Source: Botryllus schlosseri (lineage: Eukaryota). From it: 64,000 bases of DNA. The notes below the pieces were generated by a model. The model ran no database searches and was not told where the DNA came from. It worked only from the letters and a program-made list of their open reading frames with translations. Below are positions 39,871 to 53,923 of this stretch, piece by piece. Position 1 is the first letter of the stretch. The number at the start of each line of letters is the position of its first letter. The DNA lies in contig CM119378.1 of the NCBI GenBank assembly GCA_051294905.1, forward strand, positions 1,674,001-1,738,000, given 5' to 3'. The position numbers and the translations under genes are program-made.

Positions 39871-40196
39871 CATATAGATATCGAAAAACGCGCGTGAGAC
39901 AAAAGCTGTCTACGACATCGCAATGTTAGGTGACGCAATAACGCGCAGTGCAATGACTGTAATCTGAGAACGTTGGTGACAGTTCAAGAAAGGTATCGAC
40001 AAGCGTGCCATGGTCGCCAGTATTATCTGCGTGATCATCAACAGGACCGTGGATTACAATGAATCCGAAATACAAACTTGACTAGATAATGCTAGTTTTA
40101 TTATTAGACTAATTAGAGCGAAACGATAATCTAATTCTAATTTTATTTGTAAAATGTGTCAATGCGTGATATCTAAGTTCTCACTATCCTGTAAAG

Positions 40197-40309
40197 CAGT
40201 GGTTCCCAACCGGGGGGGGGGGGCGTGAAAGCATCTGAAGTGATATTGTTTATGATATTTTTCACTATCATGAAGGGGGGCGTGTCTAGAAAAAGGTTGG
40301 GAACCACTG
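40197..40309. mobile_element. Short hAT MITE
   Basis: TIR CAGTGGTTCCCAACC / GGTTGGGAACCACTG; TSD CTGTAAAG / ATGTAAAG. Confidence 0.85.
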
Positions 40310-41493
40310 ATGTAAAGGCTATGGGAGAACTGAAGAAAGTGTGTAGCTATAATTCTTATTCTAAGCTAATTTCGAAAATCTGAATATGTTCTAGTGATCT
40401 AACTCTGTGTAAATCCCAAAGTATCTGCGTTCGTCTAATCTGTACAGGACCACTTTTCCAATTTATAGCTTCATATATATGAGTGCTCATGTAGATTCTT
40501 CGTACTTGCGTTATTTACTCAAATTTCGTATTGCATGTACAAAAAATGGGATATTTGATTACAATGCTACGTCAGTAATATGTGTAAGTTAATAGCGCTT
40601 ACCCGCATGTAATTGCATTGAACTTACGAAGTTCAATTTATCACGGGAACATTTCCTTTGATTTGAGTTTGAACGTAAACTATAGGAAAAGAATCTACTG
40701 CCGTCGATTGCAGCGTCATATAACAGACGGATGCAGTGGCACCGTATTATGAAATGGAGACGTGTCTAAAAATATAGCAAATAGACGTCGCTTATGCAAA
40801 TATCCCGTTGGTATATTTTATGAGGAGATCATTCTTCACAAGCTCTTTAACACCTAAAAGGTCGTTCTGAAATTGGACCGGGATCGTGAAATTGATAGAT
40901 ATTGTTTCATAGGACCTCAACTACTGGCAAACAGTTGCACATGCGTGATTCTGAAATTAAATTACTGTACTATATTCATCACGCTTGTATATAATAAGAA
41001 AAGGCATAATCCTATTTTAAGTCCGGAAGGTGTTAATACGGTTCGACTGATCAATGCGTTTTGTAGTCAGTTGATTAAAAGACAAATGAAATTGTAATTA
41101 ATCACACGCTATGATTCATAATGCGGTGCGAATGAAAATGGCACAATGTTTGATGTTACCAATACGTTAATATGTAGCATTGAGTATTTATCTGCACATT
41201 ACACGGAAAACTCCTCTTGTGTTCCGGATAGCCGAGCAATAGTTTTATTTTGTTTCGAAGTAGGCTGAAATTAAAATTATGACTACACAGATTTTTCCAA
41301 ATAAGATTACAATTAAAATTATCGTTACACAGTTTGTTTTTACAAGTTACATTACAATTAGAATTACTGAATTCGCTAAACCTTAGACATTGAATCAAGT
41401 TCGGTACGTATCAAATTAGAATTCATGCTCGTAAGCACGCGAATAGAAAATGTAGCCTACGTACACCGAGCTTGGCTTGTTTTGCAATATACA

Positions 41494-41731
41494 GCTGATG
41501 TGTGGCGAGATAGCGTAGTGGTACGATCCACAGCTACAACACCGAATGGGTTGCGGATTCGAGGTTTCTCTAGGCTCCTCCTTGCCTCTCATCCGTGCAA
41601 GCGGTGTCTCATAAAAGCCTATACGTGGGCCGAGCTACAAGTCGGCAGCCACGGAGTAAGAATGAAGACAATCGGCCTGGTGTTAATGACCATAGTAGTC
41701 GACAAACACCACGAATACCACATAAAAAACA
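41494..41731 (+). mobile_element. tRNA-derived SINE, family B, inserted into a family-B AT-rich repeat
   Basis: A-box TAGCGTAGTGG and B-box-like GGATTCGAG; homologous to the minus copy at 53985-54284; approximate TSD GCAATATACAG / GCAACATACAG. Confidence 0.7.
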
Positions 41732-43886
41732 GCAACATACAGTTCTTCTTTAGCATTTTCATGACATACAGAAATAAGAGTGTCGAAACATTTCAAAAAT
41801 CAAATTAGAATTATTAGAGCAAAGAAACATTTCGCGAATAAGATGAGTATTAGATTACCGGTATTCCTCTCTAGTCTAATTAGCTGACTAGAAGTGTCTA
41901 TCCGAGTTTGCACTCTCCTATTACGACACAAATATATTGACGTGGTTAAACTGGCGGATTATGAAGCTGGGGTATGCGAACGCGTTGTTATGCAATTTAT
42001 AAATAAAAGAAAGGAATTTTCGACAGAAAGTTTTTGTGGCCTATGTCTCGTTAAAATAGCGCGACATTTGCAGGTAGACGATCATCTACATTCATATACG
42101 TATGTCTGATGACGTATCACAACACAAAAGATATGCGCTACAGCCCACAGGTAACAATGTATTAGTCGAAACTTGCAACGAGTCAAAAAAGTCATATCTA
42201 ACCAGAAACGATACAAAAATGTTGGTGATAGATACATAAAAATACCATGTCATGCATGGAGATTGGTGTCGCGAAGTTTATGCATTAGTTTCGTAGGCTG
42301 TAGATGGTATCCCGCGGTGATGACTCGCGGCAAATGCCAAATAACAAATTCCCCGTACGAGTGAGATGAGCGTGCGATGTTTGCCTTCGTCAGCCTAATT
42401 AGAAGATGCCGTGTGCTAAGATTATCGGGAAGCATAAATAATCGTTAAGACAAAGAGGTTGGTGGTTGTTAAATCCGCGGTTGCGTACGTGGACTGTGAT
42501 TTCGAAGAGATATGGACGATGTTGAACCATTGTTCTCAAGAGCTTGGGTAAATATAACTGGATACTGCGGATATCGTAATAATACACCAGGACTTGTAAG
42601 TAGTTATATAATGCAAAGTTTGAACACACAACTGGAATTTCAAGATGAAAATAGCATGACACTGTTGTCTTATTCGATTGAAAAGTCAATCGTTAATGAC
42701 GTGTCGTGTTGGGCAATCTCGAGTGTCTGAGTGATTCGATTCTGAATCGTGTATTAGACTTCAGGTCGAGTCGATTTTACTTGAGGATGAGTTATTATAG
42801 TACCACAACAGTATTTAATACACGGAAAGTTCAAATATGTCCCTTTTATGCCACCACAAATACACGCCATTTCTACATCATATTGAAGATTATTTGGTAT
42901 TGATTGGCTATATCTATTTCGTGTCACGTTGTAATAATGTTGTGCTGTGTTATATTTACTGTCGTGTGTAGGTTGCATTTAGAACAAAATTCCCTTTAAA
43001 ACAAACATGTTTAGAACAAGGCCCTTCTTCAACACAAGTTTTTGTCAGCCATGACGCCATGAATACTTAATTGTGACGTCACAGTGGATTGACAAAGGGG
43101 TGACCAACCTTTTCGGCCAAAGGGCCACATGAGATTTACAAGGCATTGCGCGGGCCACTTGAATGTTGATGACCTTTTTTAGTCTTCCGATAGGAGCTAA
43201 CCGGATTAGGTAACGGTGAAAACAACACTTGTAATAATAATACGCATCAAAATCAATAATAATTATGACATGAAGACTAAGTGTGCAACTGTGCATTCAC
43301 GACCTAGCCACGCGCAGCACGAAAATTCTTCACAGAAAATGAATGAATTCGGTCAATAATAATGTTACTTCCATATATTGCAGATCGCCTCTGCATATAC
43401 CGATGGGCTCATTTGGCAGCGATAGGATTATTCGGCGATTGGACTTATAAATATCGAGGATGTCTGATAATATGCGAAATATTGTACGTTATGATTATGA
43501 ACAACGAAATACGAAAAATGTGGCTGGCCCCTGGCTACGCCAATGCGTCGTAACTTATATTGTAGTCATCAAAATCCCAAATTTCGCGGTCAAGAAACTC
43601 AAATTATGGTTATTTGGTCTCGGTAATTTATATTTGGAAAATATAACTAATTTCAAGGATTACCACGCGCACAACTTGAGACCTTCTCGCGGGCCACGTG
43701 CTGGCAGGTCCTGGCTTATGCCATTGAAAGTATGGGGTAAATATGGCTCCTTCGACGAAAAGGGCTTCCGACCATTGTCATCAACATACCGAAAATATCT
43801 TAAACCGGGACTACATCGTTATGCATCATTTTTACGGTCGACGGTCTTCATCATCAGAACACCCATTCCGCACCAATGATCGATAT

Positions 43887-45135
43887 CAGTGGTTCTTAAC
43901 CTTGCCTCCAGCGCCCCCCAAGGGGCGATTTTGATTTTAAAGGGGGCGGAAACGCTCAGGGGGCGATATCGGGGGCGCTGGGCTCAGGGGGGCGGTACGG
44001 GGGGCGCTGAAGCAAAATGGCCTCGCAGTAGATGGTGTAGTATAGTAAAACATATTATTAACGAGTTTTCATAGCAGATTAAGATTCGATAAAACATGTC
44101 AAATCTCGAATTTTTTCGACGGTGTTTGCTACATATATGTTCTCTCAAAGATTATACATCAATTTCTGACGGTTTATACAAGTTTTTCACTTTTATTTCG
44201 CGCTAAGCGCGAATTTCCGTTGCCAAATTTTTAATTATTGGGTACCCTTCCCCCACGAAAAAATACGCATTATTTATCGAAAATAGTAATAGGCATTTCG
44301 GCGTCGGCCATTACCACACCACGAGGCACGAAGACATATGAAGTTTCAGCCAATATGGGACTCCGAGAAATGTGCCAAAACATCGTCAGCGAAAAAACAT
44401 TTGCTGAAAAGAATTGCCCGCATGTTGACGATATATTTCGATATAAATATGTCTGGTTGTCCAGTTTAGATGGCCCGTGCCAAATTTTCATGTCGTGACA
44501 ATATGAACCCCACAGGACAAATAACATCCATACAAAGAAAAATTATTTGCCATTGAAGAAATACTAATTTTGAATCGTGTGCTTATCTTGGTTTAGTACG
44601 TTTATGCGATTTCAATATCTTTTGACTATAATAGCCAGCGGATAATAGCACACAAAATAACAACATGCAGTAAAGTAATTTTACCAACAGGCCTGCCCGA
44701 ATATATTTAATTATTAATTACGTGCATGCATTGTCCAAGACAACAGCTCATACAACGATATCGGTGATCCTTATGGCGTGGGCTGACAGGATAGGAAATA
44801 ATAGCGATATATAGGCAATTACCAATATTCTTGTCCGATTCATTCATCCGTTATAAAGAGAAAACTTTTGAGCCTAGGCGACCAAGCCTCATAAAACTTT
44901 GCTCAACATCAAAATCACGCGACGCTGGGTCTTGGGGAAAGCTCCACAGAATTTAGGTTTATCACCCTATCGGGGCCCAAGACCAACGTTTTTTGAGGCG
45001 GCAAGCGAATTGCTGTTACGGCCCGTCCTTTTACCAATTGATTTTATCACAGTCTTTAACATATGGTGTGGGGGGCGCTAGAGCAGTGAAAGTTATGAAA
45101 GGGGGCGCTGGAGGAAAAAAGGTTAAGAACCACTG
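43887..45135. mobile_element. hAT non-autonomous element carrying a nested dispersed repeat
   Basis: TIR CAGTGGTTCTTAACC / GGTTAAGAACCACTG; TSD ATCGATAT / ATCTATAT. Internal 44238-44520 and 44960-45020 match 51530-51922 in reverse. Confidence 0.85.
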
Positions 45136-46884
45136 ATCTATATCTACTTGATCTAACTGTTGAACCGACGACGATTTCGAGGGTTCCAGGTTCCAGCCAC
45201 CCTGCATCGTATACGTCGACTATATTATGTGCAAATCGTCTGAAGGCTCATGCTACATGATTTTTTTAGGAAGTATTTACACAATTATGGCATAATTAGA
45301 CAACGTTTGAAAAAAAAGTTGTTTATTTAAAGAGGCATTTCTTTAAAACAGTGTTCAAAACCAGTTTTTAAAAAATTGTTTTGAAACACCCCAATTGTAA
45401 CTTTGTAAAGCCAAGATTTTCAAGACTTTGAATTTGAACGTAGCTCGTAGAATTTTAGTGGATATCGGTATTGTGGGATCGACACGACAATACTGTACTT
45501 TACAGTACACGATAAAAGCGCATTTTCACGATTTCATACGACATAAGTTTCAGGTACAGAATATCAGTATACAATTGAATAATATATTCATATTAAAATA
45601 AACCCGAATATTTTCGGCTGACACTAGTCAGGGGTAATCGTCAGAAACTAGTAGAGAATTCAAAAGAACCTTGTACGTCAAAAGTCATATCACCTATTAT
45701 CGAGTCACAGGGACGTGATTTAATATATTAGTATTAATTATTATAACATAAGATAATATATAATAATTTCATTGAGGATGCATGCAAGAGATATTTTTGC
45801 TAGGTTGTATACTTTATGTCAGCCTGTATATTTGCATTGACCCACACACGTGTTCCTTTTTGGCATATTAGAGAATTTTCGGTAATTGAATATACTATTC
45901 AATTGTATATTGAAGTTCTGTGCCTCCAAGAAGCTGTTCACGAAACATTATCCAATTTGTTAGACGTCAGTCAGAAAGCCTGAAATCGTTTAATAGTACC
46001 TTAGGCGTCGTAAACTTGTTGGCTGTATTTGTGTCCCGAAATCGGCAACAAATCTACAATAAAAATCGCACATCAAAGACACGTCAATTTCAGTGGCAGC
46101 CTAATTCTACAAAACTCATATCAACCAATCGCTCTGATTTATGACACATTGGCCGTCCAAACCTTTACAGTTAACTATAACTTTCCAAACCGTGCAGTTT
46201 CTGTGGTTACATTTCGGCACGCGGACGCGTACGTGAATTGAAACTAATTTTTCTTATTAAAGTCGATCGCCCGCATGATAAGTTCTCAATTTTAACAAAG
46301 TAGTTTGTGTCTGATTCCCGGGTTTACTCATACACGGTGACGGTTCGAAGACGACATAACTCAACTTAACCATAGGTAGTTGAACACGCCAGGTCAGTTA
46401 TCAATCCAGAGCGGAACAGTTTTGAAGTCGCAAATTCCTAGTCATCCCTCGACGACAGTGGAAAATATTTATCGTTTTTATATCTTAGAAACCTTGTCTG
46501 TCGGAATACCGAGCACGTGCGCGCCAAGCACCACCATTCTGCTTATTACTCAGCCGATGATTATCACACTCGCGTGCGCTGGTAGCGTAAACATACCGTC
46601 CAAAAATAATTCTCGGGACCAGTCGGAGATAATTGCCTGTATGTAGGTGAGAATCGCGAGGAATCATATCAAGGCATAGTAACAACAAATGATATGCCGG
46701 TAAGCTGGTAGAATCCCCGCCTAATTTCGATTAATATGACGAGTAACTCCTCGTGCCGCATTCGTACATGTAGTTTATTGAGGAATGGAGATTAATCTGA
46801 AAGATCGCTACACGGGATTGTGGCATCATCGCATCTTCGAAATGGTAGAGACTGATATCTAAACTGTTAGGAATTATGGCGGCA

Positions 46885-48567
46885 ATACGGCCGTAAACCA
46901 AACTTTACGTTGATTGGTCGAGAGACAATGGCCATGGATACGACGCAGCAACGGAGGACGCTGCATTTACCTAAGCCTAGTTGGCACTACGATGTATTCC
47001 TATAGCCGTCTAGACTGTATAAAAACGACAAGATTACAGTTAAATGTTTATTTCGTCATCAATATTAAAATTAGGAAAGAAAATTAAAAATTTAGTAACG
47101 TATACTAAAATATAATGCCGAAATACTGCTGAGTATGTAATGCAGTGCTACCAATGGCAATGAACTGGGGAAGAACAGATTTTTCCATTCATTTCCTTCC
47201 AACGCAAAGGTCAGGAAGGCTTGGGAATGCAGAGTAAGAAGGCAGGATTTCAATCCTGCTTCCACAAGCTTCATTTGCTCCTCATCGCCGACCTCACTGC
47301 AGTTGCAGTGACTTAAAAAGCCCAGAAATCACAGTCAGCCAAGATACAAGTCGGCAGCTAACGACCCGATGAATCGCGAGCCGATGCGTGAGAGAGTGGA
47401 AAGAATGTCAAAGACAAGAATAAATGCATTGATCAGTTCAAATACTGTCATGTCGTGGAGCACAAAGCCTTAAACAGACTAAAAGCACCACTGTTGTGTA
47501 CAATAATAATAATAATTTGCTCCCACCACTTTTGCAAGGAAGATTCTGCTGCTAGTGCATTATAGATACACCAATACAGTCACGTCTAAAGAGAGGTGCG
47601 ATTCCCAGTCGCAATCTCCGTGGTGAAGCAGAAGATATGTGCATTGCAAAGAGGCGGACCCTGAACTCCATGCCGTGTCAACTGTCTTCCTCCAATGTTG
47701 CGGATGCTGCACATGCATATCCTACATTGTTATCGGGTGATCATGATTTAGAATCGCCATCGTGTAGTCTTGAAATGGAATCTTCAAATCCATCACCTGA
47801 ATCTTAGGGTTTTGGAGTGCTTTGAGGGGAACAAGACAGCAGATAGCCTACTCCATATGCAACATCTCTTTTCAAATCACTTCACGGACAGTACAGTATG
47901 AACAGGTATTCAATATCGTGGGGGTTATTGCACGAAGAAAGGGCCTTTCAAGACTACTAAGCATCACTCATGTGAATGTAGCAAAGATCGGTCTTGTTCT
48001 TTTTCCATATGGATATCTGGGTGCTTCACATGATAGAGTGATTCTAGCTGAGCAGACCTCATCCGCACTGGTGTGCTTGAGGTATCGTAACAGCACATGC
48101 GATGAGCTCATGAAATTTGAACTTGAGCAGAAATCACAGAAAATTAGTTTATATTTGACTGCTGCTAGATAATTACAAGTAAACCACTCTTATTGGCATC
48201 AAATTCAGGCCCAAATGTATGTCACAAATAGTCCTGCCTTCTTATACTCTGCATTCCCAAGCCTTCCTGTCTGTTCTTCCCCAGTTCATTGTCATTGGTG
48301 GCACTGCATTCATAAACACAGCAGTATTTCGGCATTATATTTCAGTATATGTTATTAAATATTTTATTTCCTTTCCTAATTTTATTATGGATAAAGAAAT
48401 AAACATTTGACTGTAATCTTGTCGTTTTTATACAGTCTACACGGCTATAGGAATACATCGTAGTGCCGACTATAAGTTTAGGTAAATGCAGCGTCCTCCG
48501 TTGCTGCGTCGTATCCATGGCCATTGTCTCTCGACTAATCAGCGTAAAGTTTGGTTTACGGCCGTAT
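46885..48567. mobile_element. Foldback element with ~340-bp inverted arms encoding THAP-domain N-termini (P/Galileo-like remnant)
   Basis: Arms 46885-~47245 and ~48230-48567 are reverse complements starting ATACGGCCGTAAACC. The left arm reads MPKYC*..SATNGNELGKNRFFHSFPSNAKVRKAWECRVRRQDFNPASTSFICS[insert]HHFCKED..RLKRGAIPS. The right arm reads MPKYCCVYECSATNDNELGKNR on the minus strand from 48335. No TSD found. Confidence 0.8.
47282..47514 (+). mobile_element. 5'-truncated SINE (family A related) interrupting the THAP coding sequence
   Basis: 9-bp TSD ATTTGCTCC (47273-47281, 47515-47523); (AAT)n tail; core and 3' end match the SINE copies at 992 and 53551. Confidence 0.85.
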
Positions 48568-49680
48568 AGACGAGGGAACGGCTTTCGAACTCCTGTTGCT
48601 TTCTTAGCGATGATGAAACATTGGCAACTATAATAATATTATGAATCACAGTAGTAAGGAATACACGTACATGAACAACGAACACGATGTCATTTGACAC
48701 TTGTGCATGCGGGTTGAGATACTGTAAATAGTGTGTTGGCCTTGGAACCTGGGCGTGATTTACCCGTGCCTTATTATAATCGCACTCGATCACAGTCAAT
48801 ATAGACGCAGTATGGTGAGGGTTCTAAAGCCAAATGTTCATATGTTTCAGGGTCATATCTAAAAATGCGAACATCCCAGAACCATCACGAAGAACTATTT
48901 GAATATTAGATGTTACACATCGAATAGTCTGCAGCTACGGAGTCATAAAGAACATCGGTCTGGCGTAAAATGACCATTGCTATCGAAAACAAGACGATGA
49001 ATACAACAAGTAACAACAACACATGGACAAGTTAATGTAGACATGTATCCGGAATACTGTTCGACCACAAAACAGCATTAGCTATAGAATAGCACAAGCT
49101 GCAGGGAAATGGGACGAGATTCAGACGCCTGTTAGGGTATTAGCGACGTGACAACGTCAATAGTAGCTTATCGCACGAGGCCTGTTAGCAGCAGTGCAGG
49201 ATCTGTTCCGATGGGTCGCAGGCGCATTTTGAAAATCAGCAAATTCTCCTTAGAACGCCGAAATGCTTCATATCTTGAAACGTGTGACGATCCGAACAAA
49301 TAAACAAACAATGAGCAACACATATTTGCACAATGCACAATCGTCTCAGCGTAGGCTACAAGTGATTCGAAGTGTGCGACTACAATGGGCGTATATCAGG
49401 GGCGTGTATCACATCCAGGCGCGGACAACTAGATAGTTGAAGTATTATAATTAGAATAGACTAATTCAAGCGAAATGTCGGTTATTTAATGCTAATAATA
49501 TTTGTCGTTATCCTGCAAATGATACAGTCGAACTGTATAGTTCGAAACGAGCGAAGCTTGGTGTGCAGACATTTGTCATTCTCGTGGTTATGACTCATAA
49601 CTTATGAGATGTAACTCTAATTTGATATGAATTGAACTTAATTGGTATTCCATTTCTTTCTTTTTGCGAATTCGGTAAGT

Positions 49681-50045
49681 CTAATTCCAATCTAATTTTG
49701 AAAAAACTGTGGGGCTATAATTTTAATTCTAATGTAATTTTGAAATAAAACTGTGTAGCTATAAATCTAATGCAAACCTAATTTGGAAAAATGTCTAGAC
49801 GTAATTCTAATTTTAATCTAATTTTGAAAAAAAAAACTGTGTAGCTATAAATCTAATTATAATCTAGTTTGACAAGTAGATCTGCGGAGCTATAATTCTA
49901 ACGCTAATTCAATTTGGAAAACAATGTGGAGCTACAATTCCAATTCTAATCAAATTTTTAAAAAACTGTGTAGCTATAATTCTAATTCTAATATATTTGA
50001 AAAAATGTGTAGCTATAATTACTACGCTAATATAATTAAGAAAAG
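49681..50045. repeat. Minisatellite, about 9 degenerate units of ~41 bp (AAAAACTGTGTAGCTATAATTCTAATTCTAATCTAATTTTG)
   Basis: Tandem units visible directly. It sits at the end of an interspersed AT-rich repeat (49425-50060) whose other copies carry only 1-3 units. Confidence 0.85.
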
Positions 50046-51529
50046 CTGAACACTTTCTAGCTGTTCGACTCTGATCACATCCCGATGCTACTTTCGTCCG
50101 GTATATTGACCCGTCACTTTTAAGTAACCATCAGATTTAAAAGCCAGATAAACGTATTATATCTGTCGGCACGCCGTGCCGTTTACACAGGCCGATTAAG
50201 AATGGATGTGAATTAATTAGCGAGACTAACAATGCTTGAAATCGTGTAAGATATGGGCGTGGAAGATGGAATGTTCGCTATTTTTACATGATGAATATTT
50301 GCTTCGATCCTACAGCCTGCAAGTTACATTCTTAAAATATCCATCCAGCGTTTTATCCTGAGGAGTTCCACTATACATAAGCGGATATGCAGCATATTAT
50401 CATATACTGCATTATAAATTTATCATATACTGCATTATAAATACTATTATAGTATTATAAATAGTCTTTAATATATTATGAGCACAATGCAGGTTTTAGA
50501 AGAACTAAATCTTAATGACTTATGGAATTCAATTGACAATAACAATGCAAGTGAATAGTATATTCACATTGAAATGTAGCCGTATAATTTCGGCTGACAC
50601 TCGTCAGGGGTAATTATCAGCAACTAGTAGAGAATTGGAATTGCTCATTGCAATATGAATATACTATTAAATAATATATTGAAGTTCTGTAAATCCGAGA
50701 AGCCCATCTAATAACAATCCTACTAATATGCAGAATGGTGATACTCATATGGGACACAGGTTTAACGGGTTTTGATCATCGAGTATCATATCAAATCCCG
50801 TTGCAAACAACTTCGAATGTGGGTGTAAGTTTCGACTTTCATCGGCCAACAGAACTAACCGGTGGAATCAAGGAACAGAAATGGTTTCAAAGTCTGCTGT
50901 GATCAATGAAATCTGACTCATGTAGACATGACAGCTTACAAACAACCGAAGTTTATTAATGTACAACATAGGCCTTCGTTATCGGAATTGGACATCTAGG
51001 ACATAATCTGAAAAACGTTCATATGACTAACGATGTATTTTGCCCTATCATCGTACCATTAGAATAATAGGTGTGAAGACTTCGTAATTATGTTCTTCAA
51101 AACAACATCACCCGCCTACACAAACACACGGATGCGACAATATGCGAGAAACGCCGCTTGGTCATAGAATAAAGGCTATGGCCGTCACGCCCTCTCGCAT
51201 AATGTGGGAATGATGGCGGTTGCATTGGGAGAATAGTGCAATGGGCGCAGTTGCTCTCGGAAAATTTGTAATGTATATTCCTATATATGGTAGTTGTATT
51301 GCAGTAGTCCTAAATTTCTTTCGTTCCATGTTCAAACCTTTATGTTAAAGTAGGCTTGCAGTAGAGCTGGACTCAAGATTACCGGACCTCAATCTGACAT
51401 ATTAACCTCGCCCATCGACTCATGCGTAATTTTTTTTTCATCACTTGTTTTATTTTATCCCTTATTTCTTTCAATCCAGTGTGCATGCCTCTTATTTACA
51501 TGACCTAGGCCGAAGTGGCTATATTCTTA

Positions 51530-51922
51530 TGGTGTTTTGCAGGACCGTAACAGCACTTCGTCAGCCCCCCCCCCACCTCCCAAAAAAACAGTTGTCTTGG
51601 GCCCTCCATAGGGTGGTAAAACTATGGCATTTGTCCTATGGGGTTCAGATCGCCACGACAGGGACATTCGGCGCCAGCTATTTGGGCGCCAATGGACAAT
51701 TAAACATTGTATAGATATATCGAAATTTCGGTCAGCACGAGGGCTTTCCTTTTCAGTCAAGGTCTTCTCGCTGCAGATCGTTCTGTCACACTTCTCGGAG
51801 TCGCGTATTACATGGCCTATATTAACTTCATATGTCTTGGTGCGTCGTGGCGGAGTAATGGCCGACGTCAAAGTCTCCGTTTTTATTAATCATGCGTATT
51901 TTTGTTATAGGAAGGGTACCCA
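51530..51922 (-). repeat. Dispersed repeat, inverted copy of sequence inside the 43887-45135 element
   Basis: Reverse complement aligns with 44238-44520 (GGGTACCCTTCC...GAACCCCA(C/T)AGGACAAAT) and 44960-45020. Confidence 0.7.
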
Positions 51923-53550
51923 CTAATCAAGATATTTTGCAATATTAAATCGCGCCCAGCGCGAAAATTATTTGTAAAAGTTGCATAAATTTCCAAAAAA
52001 ATACTCATAATTTATGTTGATTCACGAAATAATTTCGGGCCCCCTGCGAGCTAGAACCCTCCACCTAATTGGGGGGTTTGGGATGCGTCAGTGACGGCCC
52101 TGGTGTTTTGAAATGATAAAATTATAAATAATAAACTGATAGAACTGGACGAAGCAACTTGTTTCATGTCAACACGATTGGTACCAGTTTACGCTAGAAA
52201 ATATAACCTCCTACAGCGACCAAGTTCAAGAAGCAGAACAGGGAGCCAGAAAACGAGACTTCTCCATTGCTTTCTGTGTGATATACGTAGCATTGGAACG
52301 ATATTCAAAAATTTGCACCTTTGAATGACAATTTAGTGATGGGCATTGGGCCAGAGCCGATATATTACAATTATGTTCTCGATTGCAAACTGGAACAGGT
52401 TGAAGGCTTTTGCAATAACACAGAGAAATTAGACACCAAACGTTAGGCTAACTTGGAACTTTAAAACGTAATTTAGAATGATTTCTGATCTCACACAGAG
52501 TTCATGGTCCACTTTAACCTTATGCTATACGTCGCAGTTCTAAAAGTGTTGTACAATATTGTGTTAATGTAGCCTATACAACTTGTTCAAGACTATATAG
52601 TGACACGTGAAAGCTAAAGCTATGCTAAGTTAAAATTTAACGAAATTCGACACCGCAATTCAGCGACAATTGGTAGTGTAACAGAATCTATAGCAAACAA
52701 CGAAGTCGCACTTCTTTCGAAAGAAACCCACCAGTCATGATCGGGTTGGTGGTTATAACAGGAACTTTAATGGAACCATCCACAACAGGTGTAATATCAG
52801 AGATCAGCAAACCCGTCATTAAATTAAAGTTCCTAGTCTTGTTTTGAGTTTCGTCGTGATCACATTCTGGGTAGATTTTTTTTTTTTGAAATTTTACCGA
52901 TCCAAAAGCTGAAAAAGGCGGGTAGCCACAGTACTAAACAATGCGATTTTGATTGTATTGATTGCGTGGTGTTTTGATGACGTTTTTGATTTATTTACCA
53001 GGAACACATGCCCGGGCAAAGGGAATCGAGTTCTTTATGTTTTGGGAACAACGTAACCTACGTATATGCTGCAATCGGTGCGAATTCCTTATCGAATTAT
53101 TCACTGATCAATTATTTCATGTTGTCGGCCCACCTTATCCCACGTCAAAAACGTATTTCCTCTTCACCTTCCTGTCTTTATGCTGTCGCAGTATTACGTG
53201 CAACGATAAAAATCAAGCAACGAATGACTAAATTCAAATGTATAGGCGGGGAACAGGTTTCACTTTCAACGGTCATCTAACTACATGGGATTGTCGATAC
53301 TAATTTTAGGATTTGTGGGATCGGTACTGGTTTATTTTGATAACTTGCTATCTCTCCATGAACACATCGACGAATAGTGGACGTAGTCCATATTTGGTTG
53401 TATCTGCCTTTACCCAGTTCGGGCAATAACTTTAATTTAAAGTATATGTTAAACTATCATGGCATAGGATGTGTTACGATTACATGTGATGCAACAAATA
53501 GATAGATGGGAGACTGCTTTGCAGGGAATCGTTGGTCGAGTTTCACGTTA

Positions 53551-53923
53551 GGGAAGCGAGTGGCGCAGTGTGCTCAGCGACATCGGCACGGCGCCTATGG
53601 TTGTTGGTTCGAGTCTCGGCTCTACCAAGTTTCTATGTGTATGAGATTTCTCTGGGCGCCTCATCGCTGACCTCGCTGCCGTAGCAGTGTTTCCAAAGCC
53701 CAGAGTGAAGGTGACACGAGCCAAATCTCGGCAGTAAAGTTCGGGCTATGGCCTAGTGAAAGACGAGAGTGACCGATGATGAAAGAGAGCGAGCATGGGA
53801 GTCGTCCGAAACATTACAAAGGCCTGACGGACTGAAACTACTGAAATCAATGTCGTGGCGCAAATGACCGTATAGGCGATAAGCTACACGGTATGTGTGT
53901 GTGTGAATACAACAAACGAACAA
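53551..53923 (+). mobile_element. Full-length tRNA-derived SINE, family A
   Basis: A-box TGGCGCAGTGTG, B-box GGTTCGAGTC, (TG)n near the 3' end; approximate TSD GTTTCACGTTA / GGTTCACGTCA. Confidence 0.85.

Noticed and set aside
43460-43879. 139-aa plus ORF
   Set aside because: Overlaps degenerate hAT-MITE sequence (43090-43700); no motifs or splice support.
49681-50045. CRISPR-like periodic repeat
   Set aside because: Units are contiguous and degenerate with no unique spacers, in a eukaryotic context with no cas genes.
50735-50824. MVILIWDTGLTG...NVG|gtaagt, an aspartic-protease-like DTG motif
   Set aside because: Isolated 30 codons beside a repeat with no partner exons; a 3-residue motif is expected by chance.
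53551-53625. Possible tRNA gene (also 41504-41570 and 54215-54284)
   Set aside because: A/B boxes are present but there is no closed cloverleaf or T-run terminator. The sequence continues into shared SINE bodies with TSDs.
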